A DNA stretch of 64,000 nucleotides from an uncultured Verrucomicrobiae bacterium (GCA_963764165.1 CAVXRD010000002.1:1792001-1856000); one strand, 5' to 3'. Positions 28,485 to 38,549 are shown, numbered from the stretch's first letter. Translations and numbers: made by a program. The notes: generated by a model from the sequence alone, not told the origin.

Positions 28485-30008
28485 ATGATCATCCAGTTTG
28501 GATCCGAAACCGAAATCGGAATCGCCCGCGAAAAGGAAGAGAATCTCGACGTCGTCGCTGAATCCATGGCGCTGGTGCGCAGCGCGACAAAATCGGGCGT
28601 GCTCATGCGCTGGGATTATAATTGCGAGGATCCGCATGCCGACATGCGCGGCTTCCACGTCCAGGAACTTCGCCAGGATACCGATGAGGCGAATTACTTT
28701 ACGCAGGATTCCGAGCGCGAGCTGACGTTCGTCGAAATCAAAAGCGATCTCGTGCTCGGGAACGGCGCGCGCTACTACAACGATCACGCCCACCCGGAAT
28801 ACTGCACGCCCGAATGCAGCACGGTGGAGGAATTGGTGGCCCACGACCGCGCCGGCGAGCGCATCCTGATGCGTTGCGCGCAAAAGCTTTCCGAGGAACG
28901 CGACTCGGATATTTGCCTTTACAAAAACAACACGGATTTTCGGGGGCATAGTTATGGCTGCCACGAAAATTACCTGCTGCCCCGCTCGCTGCCGTGGGAA
29001 AAATTGGCCCGCGGCATCCAGGCGTTTTTGGTGACGCGGCAGATTGTGGCGGGCGCCGGAAAATTCGCCTTCGAGGAAGAGGACAAATTCGTTTCACCGG
29101 GATTCCAGATTTCGCAGCGCAGCGATTTTTTCAGCGAATTGCAAAGCGTTGACACGATGCAGCGCCGGCCCATCGTCAACACGCGCGACGAACCGCACGC
29201 GAACCCGAATTTGTTCCGGCGCTTTCACGTCATTCTCGGCGATGCCAACATGTCGCCCTTCGCGACGCGGATGAAAATTGGAACGACCGCGCTGGTGCTG
29301 GAAGCCTTGGCGCGGGACCCGAAGCGGGTGTATTCCGTGCTGGCCGATCCGTTGCAGGCGCTCGCGGCGGTTTCGCGCGACGGGAAATTTCGCTGGGAGG
29401 TGGCGTTGCAGGACAAGAAAGCGTCAACCGCGCTTGAGTTGCAGCGCGAGTACATAGCGGCGGTGAGGGAGTTGTGCGATCTGAGCGACCCGTCAAAGGC
29501 GTCCATCTTGGATGATTGGAATCAAGTGCTCAACGATCTTGAGGTTGATCCGATGCGCTGCCGGGATCGGCTGGATTGGGCGGCAAAGCTGGCGCTTATC
29601 CGCGAATTTCAATCGTCGCAAAATGTCGGCGCAAACGACCCGTGGCTGCAAAGCCTCGATTTGGAATATCACCGCCTTGATCGCGAGAAGGGTTTATACT
29701 ATGCCCTTGAGCAATCCGGCACAATGCGAGGCATTCCCGACGATGCCCTCGTTCGCCGCGCCATCTCCGAGCCGCCGAAAACCACCCGCGCCTACATTCG
29801 CGGCCGGTGCATCCAAAAATTTGCCTCCGCCGTCGTCGCCGCCCAATGGGACCACATCACGCTGCAAGGAACGCGCGGCCCGCTGAAAATTTCACTCTTG
29901 GATGTTTTCACACCCGACGAAGTTGCCAGCTATGCGAAAGTGGTCGACGCCGCCAAGCGTCCGGACGATCTCGAATCGATTGCGGAATTGACATCCGACC
30001 CGCTTTAG
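28485..30008 (+). CDS. dop: Depupylase/deamidase Dop (PafA2 family)
   Basis: 'GSETEIGI', Dop-loop 'RWDY..EDP..DMRGF', 'LGNGARYYNDHAHPEYCTPEC', 'KNNTD..G.SYGCHENY', 'SQRSDF', 'RPIVNTRDEPHA', 'RRFHVILGDANMS', 'DLEYH', 'PP.TTRAY.RG'. Confidence 0.9.
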   Translation: MIIQFGSETEIGIAREKEENLDVVAESMALVRSATKSGVLMRWDYNCEDPHADMRGFHVQELRQDTDEANYFTQDSERELTFVEIKSDLVLGNGARYYNDHAHPEYCTPECSTVEELVAHDRAGERILMRCAQKLSEERDSDICLYKNNTDFRGHSYGCHENYLLPRSLPWEKLARGIQAFLVTRQIVAGAGKFAFEEEDKFVSPGFQISQRSDFFSELQSVDTMQRRPIVNTRDEPHANPNLFRRFHVILGDANMSPFATRMKIGTTALVLEALARDPKRVYSVLADPLQALAAVSRDGKFRWEVALQDKKASTALELQREYIAAVRELCDLSDPSKASILDDWNQVLNDLEVDPMRCRDRLDWAAKLALIREFQSSQNVGANDPWLQSLDLEYHRLDREKGLYYALEQSGTMRGIPDDALVRRAISEPPKTTRAYIRGRCIQKFASAVVAAQWDHITLQGTRGPLKISLLDVFTPDEVASYAKVVDAAKRPDDLESIAELTSDPL

Positions 30009-30125
30009 CCCGCCTTCCGAGACATAGTCGGAGCCGGGCAGAATATGTAATCATCTCCGGTCCGATCCCTTTCTTCGATTGCTTCGATATTGCGCCCGTC
30101 CCACGGAAGACTTATGCTGGCAGCG

Positions 30126-30340
30126 TGCCTGCGGAAATTGAACCGATGCAGCAACCCGTGAGGAAGATCGTGGGACGTCCCGCAGACCTCTCAAAGCGCC
30201 TATCGCAGGTTGAAGACCTGACTAGGTTTGCCAAGAAACACGCGCATGGAGCGTTCATCCGAGCCGAGGGAGAATATTTCCCAGTTCGAAAAACTGTTGG
30301 CCGCTCTCGCGGCCGCGGGCATTTATTTCGGACGTAATCG
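30126..30340 (+). pseudogene. Possible remnant of a small antitoxin / nucleotidyltransferase pair
   Basis: Overlapping short frames 'PVRKIVGRPADLSKRLSQVEDL' and 'FEKLLAALAAAGIYF'. The second resembles the start of minimal nucleotidyltransferases but is truncated. Confidence 0.3.
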
Positions 30341-30583
30341 CTCTCCAGCAAATCGTGTCCAGTCAGCGGGAGTGACGACAAAACGAGGTTTTAAACAATG
30401 GCGCCGGGCTCTCTCTCGGCAGGGCGGTGATAGCCCTGCGGCAAAGTGCGGAAAATTAACGCGCAATTTGGCAAAATTTAACGCATCCTCGCAAATAGCC
30501 CAAGCTGGGCAATCTACCCCAGTTTCATCATAATGCGTTGATAATCAGAGATTAACCATTATACCATGTGCCGTCGCACACTA

Positions 30584-30600
30584 TGGCATTCGCCATGCTA
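30584..30600 (+). promoter_or_regulatory. Putative sigma54 (-24/-12) promoter
   Basis: TGGCATTCGCCATGCTA: GG and GC at the exact TGGCAC-N5-TTGCW spacing, 46 bp upstream of ATG 30647, with an AT-rich upstream region. Confidence 0.6.
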
Positions 30601-30646
30601 TATAAAACTCAAGGCGATTCAATTCAGCAGACGCCAAAGAGGTGAT

Positions 30647-30859
30647 ATGAATAAAGTAAACAGAATGACAGTGCATCCCCAGCTTGAAGAATTGCCCCGC
30701 CTGCAAGTGGTGACTCCGAGGAATGGCGAGGTCAAACGGCAGGCGCCGCTGGCCGCTCCGCTGCAATTCCCATCGAACTTGTATAAGCGGGTTCCGCGCG
30801 CGGAGACGGTGGTTCTTGGCTGGAAAACCCGCGCGACGCGGCTGGCCAAAGGCGAATAG
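30647..30859 (+). CDS. Small hypothetical protein (70 aa) ending -KGE
   Basis: Strong SD AGAGGTG before ATG 30647; preceded by the sigma54-type promoter. Confidence 0.55.
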   Translation: MNKVNRMTVHPQLEELPRLQVVTPRNGEVKRQAPLAAPLQFPSNLYKRVPRAETVVLGWKTRATRLAKGE

Positions 30860-31095
30860 GCCCGAGTCCCATCCCCGCGGAAAAAGGACGCAACGGGGAA
30901 AAATTTGTCGTTTCCTTTGTATGAAACGCCCCGTTTTCGATCCTCGAAGCCGAAATGTAGCCGGTCTGTAGCCACTTTGTTGCCTTTTGTAGCTGTTTAA
31001 GTGCCTCGCCTTCAACGATGTAACGGTTGTAGCCGCTTTTTGGAGATTATATAATTATCTGCTGCCCCCGCAATTCCATCCGGGCCAAACTGCCG

Positions 31096-31977
31096 TTAAT
31101 CGGGTTGGCGCAGAGCATCCGGCAACAAGGGTGTCGCGCCTTCCCGCGAACACACAAAACGGGCGACTTCATTGGCGTGCTTGTTAATCGCCTCCAGCGA
31201 TTTTCCCCTTAGCATCCCCATCGCCAGCGCGGCGGTGAACGCGTCTCCCGCCCCCACGGTGTCTTTGACAACGACAGGCGCGCCCGGGTCATCCGCCCAT
31301 TTCCCCTCGGAATACAGGAGGCTTCCGTGCGCGCCTCGTGTCAAACAAACGAGCTTCAATTGATACTGCCCGGCAAGCTGCTCCAATTGCTCGCGCACCG
31401 TGCCGCGAAGATGGAACATGGGCGCTAGCGCCGGCAATTCGCCGTCGTTGAATTTCACCACACTGGCCAGGCCCAGCGACATTTTGATGATGTCTTCGCT
31501 GAAATAGGTTTGACGCAAATTGAGATCCAGAATCCGCAAAGCGCCGGGGCGGGCGGAACCCAGCAGCGCATGGATGGTGGCGCGTGAAGGTTCGCATCGC
31601 TGGGCCAGCGTGCCGAACGCGACCGCATCCGCTTCGCCCATGGCGAGCACCGCGCTGCCAGCCACCGCGAGGCGATCCCACGCGACGCCTTCGTGGATCG
31701 TGAAGGCGGGCTGGCCGTCATCAGCTAGTTTCACGGTGACAGTTCCCGTGGGAGCCGCCGGATCCAATTGAACATCGGAGATGGGAAGGCCCAAGGTTTG
31801 CAGGCGCCTGAGCAATTCAACGCCCAGCGCGTCCGACCCGACGCGCGAAATCACGCGGCTGCGCGCGCCGAGGGATTGCGCGTGAAAGGCAAAATTCGCG
31901 GGCGCTCCGCCCATTTGTTTTCCGGTGGGCAGCAGGTCCCAGAGAATTTCGCCAAGGCCGATAACACTATAGCTCAT
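31096..31977 (-). CDS. PfkB-family carbohydrate kinase (fructokinase-like)
   Basis: 'GLGEILWD', 'GGAPANFA', 'DLNLR', 'LTRGAHGS', 'DTVGAGDAF'. Confidence 0.93.
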   Translation of the reverse strand: MSYSVIGLGEILWDLLPTGKQMGGAPANFAFHAQSLGARSRVISRVGSDALGVELLRRLQTLGLPISDVQLDPAAPTGTVTVKLADDGQPAFTIHEGVAWDRLAVAGSAVLAMGEADAVAFGTLAQRCEPSRATIHALLGSARPGALRILDLNLRQTYFSEDIIKMSLGLASVVKFNDGELPALAPMFHLRGTVREQLEQLAGQYQLKLVCLTRGAHGSLLYSEGKWADDPGAPVVVKDTVGAGDAFTAALAMGMLRGKSLEAINKHANEVARFVCSREGATPLLPDALRQPD

Positions 31978-31994
31978 GCCACGAGCTATATGGT

Positions 31995-34586
31995 TTACTC
32001 TGCCGGACGAATCGCCGCAATGACAGCTTCCGAAGGCTTCAAGTATTTTTCAGCAACCTCGCGAATTTGCTCCAGCGTGACGGCCTCGTAATCCTTGTCT
32101 TCGTGGTCGATGTGGCTGTAGCCGAGCCCGTAAAGCTCATCCAGGGCCATCGTCATGGCCAGGCCGCCGAGATCCTGCCGCGCAATTTTCCGCTGGCCGA
32201 TGACCTTCGCCTTGCAGCGGGTCAATTCCTCCGCGCTCAAGCCTTCCGTGCGCAGCAACTCGGCTTCCTGCATCAATTCGCGCTCCACATCCGCCAATTT
32301 CTCTGGCGAAGTGCCGACGTAAAAAGCGAAATATCCCGGCACCAGCCCGAGGAAATTCTGTGCGCCGACGTAATAGGCCAGCCCCAGTTTTTCGCGCACG
32401 CGAAGAAACAGCCGCGATCCCAAATCGCTGCATCCTTCCTGCAGCAATTCCAGCGGGTAACGGTCGGGATCCTTGATGGTCAATCCTGGAAATCCCACCA
32501 CCAAAACCGCCTGCTTTTTGTCGCGCGTTTCGATGACACGTTTGACATCCGTGCGGGCCGGCGCAACTGGATCCGGCAGCGCCGCGACGGCGCTCTTCTT
32601 CCATTTTCCAAAAGCGCGTTGAACCGCCTTCTTTACCTCCTCGGCGGAGACATCGCCAAAAATGGCGAACACGCAATTATCCGGCGTGGCCACGCGGTGA
32701 TAGAAATCCTCGGCTGCATCAGCCGTTAATTTTCCGACACTCGATTCGGTCCCGGAAGGATCCAGGCCATACGCGGATGGGCCGAAAAGCGCGCGGCGCA
32801 TCGCCTGCCCGCAGCTTTGCAGCAAATGATCGCGCTGGGCGCGGATCAATTCCAATTGAATGCTTTGCTCGCGGGCGAAGGCGTCGTCGGGAAAGGAAGG
32901 ATTGAGCAAAACATCCGCGAAAATTTCGAAGCCCAATTTGAAATCGCTGCTCAATACTTCCGCCGTCACACCGAAGCTGTTGTTGCCGCCAAAACTGTCG
33001 ATGCTCCCACCCACGGATTCGATCTCGGTGGCAATTTGCTCCGCGCTTCGGCGCTTGGTGCCTTGCATGAGCATCTTGGACATGATCTGGGTCAGTCCGT
33101 TATTGTCGGAAGTCTCGGCCAGCACACCGGCCCGGAAAACTGCCTTCATTTCCACAAAGGGCAGGCGGTGATCTTCCTTCACTAGCAAGCGCAGGCCGTT
33201 GGGTAATTCAAATTTCTGCACCTCCGATTCCACCGAGACGCGCTCGGCGTCAACGACCTTCGGCATCACACCCGGCGGGAGAAGCGCGTAGAGCGTGCGA
33301 TTGGCGGGTGTCAAGTATTGCTGGGCGACGCGCTGCAAATCCGCGGGAGAGACATGGCGCGCAGCGGCGAGATAGCGCTCGGAAAAATTCAGGTCGTTGG
33401 CGGCCATCCAGTTTCCGCCCAAATCCTGGGCTTGCCCCTGCATGGTCTTCCGCGTGGCGAGGGTGCCGGCGGAAAATTGTTTGATGACCTTGGCCAACTC
33501 AGATTCATCGACGAGTTCGTGCTTCACCCGCTCGATTTCCTCGAGCATCGCCTCGCGGGCCGCCGCAAATTTGTCCCCGGAAGTCGCGCCGCTCATGCCA
33601 AAAAGACCCTGTTCGCCGGGGCTGTAAGTCCAGGCGTCGGCGGAAGTGACCAGCCCTTTTTTCTCGCGCACATTTCGGAACAAACGCGAGCTGCGCCCGC
33701 TGCCGAGCAGCGAAGCCAAAATATCCAGCGCCGGAGTATCCGCGTGGCGAATGTCCGGTATATGCCAGGCGAAATGGAAATAGCCCAGTTCAATGGGCGC
33801 TTCCTCAATCACATCGCGCGGCGCGGTCTGGTGCGGCTCGCGCGGAAGGACGACGGGCGCCAGCGGCTTGGCCTTGGCGTTGGCGAAAGCCGCGCGGATC
33901 TGCGACACAACCTCCTCTGTCTTGATGTCGCCGGTGACGACGAAAAACATGTTATTGGGCACGTAGTGCTCGCGGTAATAACCCAAAATATCCTCGGGCT
34001 TGAGCGTGTTGAAAATATCCGGATAGCCGATAATCGTGAAACGATAGGGACTCTTCGTGTAAGCGGATTCGAACAGGCGCCGTCCCGCGCGCCGACCGGG
34101 ATCATCCTGGTTCATGTCCATCTCGCGTCGGATGACATCCAGTTCCTTCGCCAATTCGTCGGCAGGCAAAGTCGCGTTCTGCATGATGTCGCAGAGGATA
34201 TCGATGGCAATTTTGGCCCCGGTATTGGGGACGTTGATGTGATACACGGTGCGATCAAACGAGGTGAAGGCATTCATGTAACCGCCCGCCGACTGCACTT
34301 CCTGATCGATGCGGCTGCCAGGCCGCGTGGTCGTGCCCTTAAAAAGCATGTGCTCCAAAACGTGCGAAAGCCCGGCTCCAAGCCACTTGCCCTCGGTAAT
34401 GCTCCCCGCATGGCACCACGCCTGAGCCGACACGACCGGCGCGCTATGGTCTTCGCGAGTGATGATGACCAATCCGTTGTCGAGCGTCGTCAGGCTGGCG
34501 CCCGAAGGCATGGGCGGAATCTCGGGCGTGGGCAGGATCAATTTCGCGCGCCGGCGACGGACCGTTTTGGTGTGACCATTTCTCAT
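31995..34586 (-). CDS. M16 (pitrilysin-family) zinc protease, two-module
   Basis: HxxEH 'HVLEHMLFKGT', 'NAFTSFDRT'; second module lacks the Zn motif; 'VREKLGLAY'. Start uncertain (34586 or 34511). Confidence 0.92.
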   Translation of the reverse strand: MRNGHTKTVRRRRAKLILPTPEIPPMPSGASLTTLDNGLVIITREDHSAPVVSAQAWCHAGSITEGKWLGAGLSHVLEHMLFKGTTTRPGSRIDQEVQSAGGYMNAFTSFDRTVYHINVPNTGAKIAIDILCDIMQNATLPADELAKELDVIRREMDMNQDDPGRRAGRRLFESAYTKSPYRFTIIGYPDIFNTLKPEDILGYYREHYVPNNMFFVVTGDIKTEEVVSQIRAAFANAKAKPLAPVVLPREPHQTAPRDVIEEAPIELGYFHFAWHIPDIRHADTPALDILASLLGSGRSSRLFRNVREKKGLVTSADAWTYSPGEQGLFGMSGATSGDKFAAAREAMLEEIERVKHELVDESELAKVIKQFSAGTLATRKTMQGQAQDLGGNWMAANDLNFSERYLAAARHVSPADLQRVAQQYLTPANRTLYALLPPGVMPKVVDAERVSVESEVQKFELPNGLRLLVKEDHRLPFVEMKAVFRAGVLAETSDNNGLTQIMSKMLMQGTKRRSAEQIATEIESVGGSIDSFGGNNSFGVTAEVLSSDFKLGFEIFADVLLNPSFPDDAFAREQSIQLELIRAQRDHLLQSCGQAMRRALFGPSAYGLDPSGTESSVGKLTADAAEDFYHRVATPDNCVFAIFGDVSAEEVKKAVQRAFGKWKKSAVAALPDPVAPARTDVKRVIETRDKKQAVLVVGFPGLTIKDPDRYPLELLQEGCSDLGSRLFLRVREKLGLAYYVGAQNFLGLVPGYFAFYVGTSPEKLADVERELMQEAELLRTEGLSAEELTRCKAKVIGQRKIARQDLGGLAMTMALDELYGLGYSHIDHEDKDYEAVTLEQIREVAEKYLKPSEAVIAAIRPAE

Positions 34587-34665
34587 TAGTCCCAACAAGG
34601 TAGAGAATCGCGAGGGGAGACGCAAGTCAGGGAGGCATCTGGTCATTCCGTTCAAAAAAAGGGTA

Positions 34666-34829
34666 AATCAGGAACGACCGAACTCAGGAACGGAGATCTT
34701 TCGGCCTGAAGGCTACCGCAGCACGATCGATTCGCAAAATCCCCAGCAACGTCGTCAACACAGCTTGCGACAGTCTGTGGTGATAATTAATTCCAGAGCC
34801 TCCGTTCCTGAGTTCGGTCGTTCCTGATT
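34666..34829. repeat. MITE-like element with perfect 30-bp inverted repeats (family D)
   Basis: AATCAGGAACGACCGAACTCAGGAACGGAG (34666-34695) / CTCCGTTCCTGAGTTCGGTCGTTCCTGATT (34800-34829). Confidence 0.85.
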
Positions 34830-34916
34830 AATTTATCAGATTTTGAGCGTCTTCTCCGGCCAATTCCAAAAACTTAGTCACTGCTCGACGGAGTCTCGCC
34901 CCGCCGATTTTTGGAA

Positions 34917-35834
34917 TTACACCAAACTCTCGAGAATCGCCGGGATGCGTTCGAGGCTTCGGTTCAGGCTGGCGCGGGTGATGGATCGTTCGGCTTCGGT
35001 CTGGTGGGCGAAAAGGATTTTCCAGCCGGGGGAATCAAGCCACCCGTCAAATGGGACTTCCGTCTTGTTGCCGCTGTCGCCGATTTTGGTGTGGCGCACC
35101 AGGAGATCCGCCACATGCACCGCGGCGGTGATGTTCACCTGCAAACGCGCCGCCTGCGGCAGATGGTGGCATTGCACGATTTCCACGAACACCTCCGGCA
35201 GCCGCTGCTTGCGCAGATACATCGCGCCTAGTTCCGCATGGTCCACGCCAAGCACTTCGCGCTCGACTTGCAGCAGGTTCGTGGCGGTTTCGGCGCGGTT
35301 ATCGTAAATCTCGGTAAAATGGTCGGGGAACGCGGAGGCCATTACGATCTTGCCCACGTCATGGATCAACCCGGCGACGTAATCGATTTCGTCGTCCTGG
35401 GATTGAAGAAGGTCGGTAATTTCGCGCGTCATCAACGCCACCGCGATGCAGTGCCGCCAGAATTGGCGCCAGGGGAAGCGGCGGCCCTCGGCGAGCCGTT
35501 GAAAATCTTCAATGATCGGCGTCACCATCGCCAGTTGCCGGATTTGGCGGACGCCGAGATAAAACACCGCTTCCTCGATGTTCCGCACCGGCTTGGCCAT
35601 GCCGTAGTAGACGGAATTGACCAGCCGCAGCAGACGGGCCGTCAAGCTGGGATCGCGGCGGATGATTTCGGCGATTTGCGAGGTATAACGCTGATCCGCG
35701 CCGAGTAATTCGCGCAAGGCGCTGTCAATGCTGCTCAGCGAGGGCAGACAGGCGCAACCGCTCAACCGGGCATCGATGCGGGCGCGGTCAAGTCGTTCGC
35801 AGACGACGCGTGGGCTCGTGGGGTCGAGACTCAT
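34917..35834 (-). CDS. HDOD domain protein
   Basis: 'LPSLS', 'IRRDPSLTARLLRLVNSVYYG', 'FWRHC', 'AGLIHDVGK', 'GVDHAELG'. Confidence 0.92.
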   Translation of the reverse strand: MSLDPTSPRVVCERLDRARIDARLSGCACLPSLSSIDSALRELLGADQRYTSQIAEIIRRDPSLTARLLRLVNSVYYGMAKPVRNIEEAVFYLGVRQIRQLAMVTPIIEDFQRLAEGRRFPWRQFWRHCIAVALMTREITDLLQSQDDEIDYVAGLIHDVGKIVMASAFPDHFTEIYDNRAETATNLLQVEREVLGVDHAELGAMYLRKQRLPEVFVEIVQCHHLPQAARLQVNITAAVHVADLLVRHTKIGDSGNKTEVPFDGWLDSPGWKILFAHQTEAERSITRASLNRSLERIPAILESLV

Positions 35835-35963
35835 TCTTCAAACACTATCGGCATCCGCCGCAAGAACTAAAGCGGAAAACGGACAAAATGCGCTCACGGG
35901 GCGCATTTCAATTTCTTGCAGGATTGGCTGGCAACGGAAGCTACGCAGGCCAACAAGTGATCG

Positions 35964-36118
35964 CTCTCGCCCCGCAGCGAAGCGCGGGGAGAGAGAAGGA
36001 GAGAGGGGCATCCAAAAAAATATCCCTCGAAGCAATTCGTGTTGCCGGCGTCCGGGCTTTAACCGTTTGCTAAATTCCCCTCTCCCTTGCCCTCTTCCCG
36101 CCGAGCGGGGCGAGGGAA
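35964..36118. repeat. Family-C palindromic element (CTCTCGCCCCGC...GCGGGGAGAG / CCCCTCTCCC...GCGGGGCGAGGG)
   Basis: Two inverted stem-loop arms; related copy at ~44667-44804. Confidence 0.75.
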
Positions 36119-36193
36119 TCAGCGAGCCGCGCTTTCGACTCGCGCTCAAGTTTTTCCCGGCCCATCCGATAAGCTTCCAGACATTGAAATTTC

Positions 36194-36760
36194 ATGTTCG
36201 GGCGCACTCAAATTTTTCTCTTGGTGGCGGCAGGGCTCCTATCGGCCGCCGCCGCGCAAGCCGATCTTGGTTACCTACCACAAGCGGGCCCGATGCCATT
36301 GCGCTTCCGCACACACACCTCGCCAGCCACGGAAAAAGCCGCTTTGGCTGAACCGCCGCCTCCACCGCGCATCATGCTGCCAGCCGTTCCGCCGCCTCTC
36401 CAATTGCCCGTTCCGCCTACGCCAGGCACGAATGCGCCGGATACCAATGCCTTCATTCCCGGCAGCATCAGCAATGGGCCGCCTGTCGAATACAACGCCC
36501 GGGATGCGGCCAGCGAGACCATCTCGGGGCCCGTCGTTTCCAGCCCCGATCCGGTTGTCGTTCCGCAAATGCTGGTAAGATATTTCACGACTACCACGAA
36601 TTCGTCGACCAACGGCGCCGTCTCGCAACCTCCCGCGTCCATCGGATTCAACCCTCCATCAGGGTCTGTTCCAGCGCCGAAGCCAGCGGCGCCACCCGCG
36701 CCAGCCAGCAAGCCCACGCCAGCTCCCGCGCCCGCCAGCCCCAAGCCGTCGTCGCCGTAA
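36194..36760 (+). CDS. Secreted proline-rich hypothetical protein
   Basis: Signal peptide; 'YLPQAGPMPLRF'; Pro-rich; co-directional with the TPR gene 7 bp downstream. Confidence 0.65.
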   Translation: MFGRTQIFLLVAAGLLSAAAAQADLGYLPQAGPMPLRFRTHTSPATEKAALAEPPPPPRIMLPAVPPPLQLPVPPTPGTNAPDTNAFIPGSISNGPPVEYNARDAASETISGPVVSSPDPVVVPQMLVRYFTTTTNSSTNGAVSQPPASIGFNPPSGSVPAPKPAAPPAPASKPTPAPAPASPKPSSP

Positions 36761-36767
36761 CGAAAAC

Positions 36768-38120
36768 GTGAATCGACTTCTTCCAGCGCTGGCAATTTTG
36801 TGGGTTTCGGCAGCCAGCTTGGCCGCGGAGACAAACACGGTCCCCGCCAAAGCTGTTGAGACCAACGCCGCCGCATCCACGCCCGCGCCGACCAATGCCA
36901 TCTCGCTCAAGGCAATCGAATCGAACATGGTAGTCGCTCCCGATTTGGGAGGCGTCACCAACGCCAACGTGCTGCAGAACACCAACGAAAATCTGGTGGC
37001 GGCGGCCTTGGAGCATTTTTACCAGGAAAAAATGGATCTCGCCGTTCGCGAGCGCCACGAAAAGAACCCGTCGCTGGCCGCGGTGACGCTCGTTTCCATT
37101 CTTGCATCCAACGCCCCGCCGGAGTTCAAACGGAAGGCCCTTTTTGAATTGGCCCTGGCCGAGCAGGACAACAATAATTTCGTCCGGGCCCAGCAAATCT
37201 TCGCGCAATTCATCCAGCGTTATCCCGAGGATCCCAGCGCGCCGGAAGTTCTGCTCCGGCAGGGCTTGCTCTACCGCCAGATGGGTGTCAATACGCTGGC
37301 GATTTCAAAATTTTACGCGGTCATGTCGACGGCCCTGAAGCTCAAGCTTGAAAATGTGGATTACTACAGAAATCTCGTGCTGCAGGCGCAGACGGAGATT
37401 GCGGATACCTATTATATCCAGGGCCAATTTGATCAGGCGACCGATTTTTACACCCGGCTGCTCAAGGAAAACAGCCCGACGCTTAACAAGCAGCAGATCG
37501 AGTTCAAGCTCATCCGCGCCTTGTCCTACCAGACCAACCGCATTGAAACCGTCAAGCGAGCGGAAAAATTTCTCGAGCGATTTCCAAATTACCCTGATGT
37601 GCCGGAAGTCCGGTTCATCCTGGCCAGCACTTACAAGGCGCTGGGCCGCAACTCGGATGCCCTGCAGCAGGTGTTGCAACTGCTGCAATCGCAGCAGGAA
37701 AACGCGCAGCGAAATCCCGAATTGTGGGTCTATTGGCAGCGGCGCGCGGGAAACGAAATCGCCAACCAGCTCTACGCGGAGGCCGATTATTTCGATGCCT
37801 TGCAGATTTACCAAAACCTCGCCGCGCTGGATTCCGCCCCAGCCTGGCAGGCGCCCGCACTTTATCAGGTTGGCCTGGTCTACGAGCAATTGCAGCAATG
37901 GGAGAAAGCCACCGACACCTACACGCAGATTCTCAACCGCAAAGCGGAAATGACAGCGAGCAACGCTCCGCCCAGCCTGAAAACGCTGTGCGAAATGGCG
38001 CAATGGCGGAAGGATTACATCGCCTGGCTCCAAAAAGCGCAGGCTGCGGATGCGAAATTGCTGCATAGCCGCCTTTACATTCCGCCGCCTCCCTCCACCA
38101 CCAACACCGCTTCCCGATGA
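36768..38120 (+). CDS. Secreted tetratricopeptide-repeat protein (BamD/YbgF-like repeats)
   Basis: Signal peptide; 'AQQIFAQFIQRYP...APEVLLRQG', 'FLERFP...VPEVRF', 'ALYQVGLVYEQL'. Confidence 0.85.
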   Translation: MNRLLPALAILWVSAASLAAETNTVPAKAVETNAAASTPAPTNAISLKAIESNMVVAPDLGGVTNANVLQNTNENLVAAALEHFYQEKMDLAVRERHEKNPSLAAVTLVSILASNAPPEFKRKALFELALAEQDNNNFVRAQQIFAQFIQRYPEDPSAPEVLLRQGLLYRQMGVNTLAISKFYAVMSTALKLKLENVDYYRNLVLQAQTEIADTYYIQGQFDQATDFYTRLLKENSPTLNKQQIEFKLIRALSYQTNRIETVKRAEKFLERFPNYPDVPEVRFILASTYKALGRNSDALQQVLQLLQSQQENAQRNPELWVYWQRRAGNEIANQLYAEADYFDALQIYQNLAALDSAPAWQAPALYQVGLVYEQLQQWEKATDTYTQILNRKAEMTASNAPPSLKTLCEMAQWRKDYIAWLQKAQAADAKLLHSRLYIPPPPSTTNTASR

Positions 38121-38536
38121 ACACACCACAGGAAATGCTACAGTATTTGAACGGCTACCTTGAGGTCTGCCAGGAGCTGCTGCAAGCCGCCGAAGAGGAA
38201 AGCCTCGCTCTCCGCAATTCGGAAAAACCGGCCCTGGCCGGCTTTTGTGAGCGGAAAAAAAACTTGCTTCCGCGCTTCAATCAGTCGCTAGATGGTATGC
38301 GGAAGCATCGTGCGCACTGGCAGGGCTTAAGCTTGGAGGAGCGGGCTCGCTGGCCGGAAGTGGGCATGTTGTTGCGCAAAAACCAGGACCTGACCATGAA
38401 GATCATCGTTCTCGACCGTGAGAACGAGCAAGCCCTTCTGCGTCGCGGACTGGTTCCACCGCGCCAACTGCCCCCGGCCAACCGTCAGCGTCCGCACTTC
38501 GTGGCAGATCTTTACCGCCGCCAGGGGGTCGCATGA
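38117..38536 (+). CDS. FlgN-like helical protein (putative flagellar export chaperone)
   Basis: Helical 'ELLQAAEEESLALR...RKKNLL...LDRENEQALL'; ATGA overlap with the TPR gene. Confidence 0.5.
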   Translation: MNTPQEMLQYLNGYLEVCQELLQAAEEESLALRNSEKPALAGFCERKKNLLPRFNQSLDGMRKHRAHWQGLSLEERARWPEVGMLLRKNQDLTMKIIVLDRENEQALLRRGLVPPRQLPPANRQRPHFVADLYRRQGVA

Positions 38537-38549
38537 TGCAGCCGCGGCA

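Noticed and set aside
30009..30560. Canonical pup/ubact gene directly after dop
   Set aside because: No frame ending GG(E/Q) or R(S/T)G(E/Q) was found here
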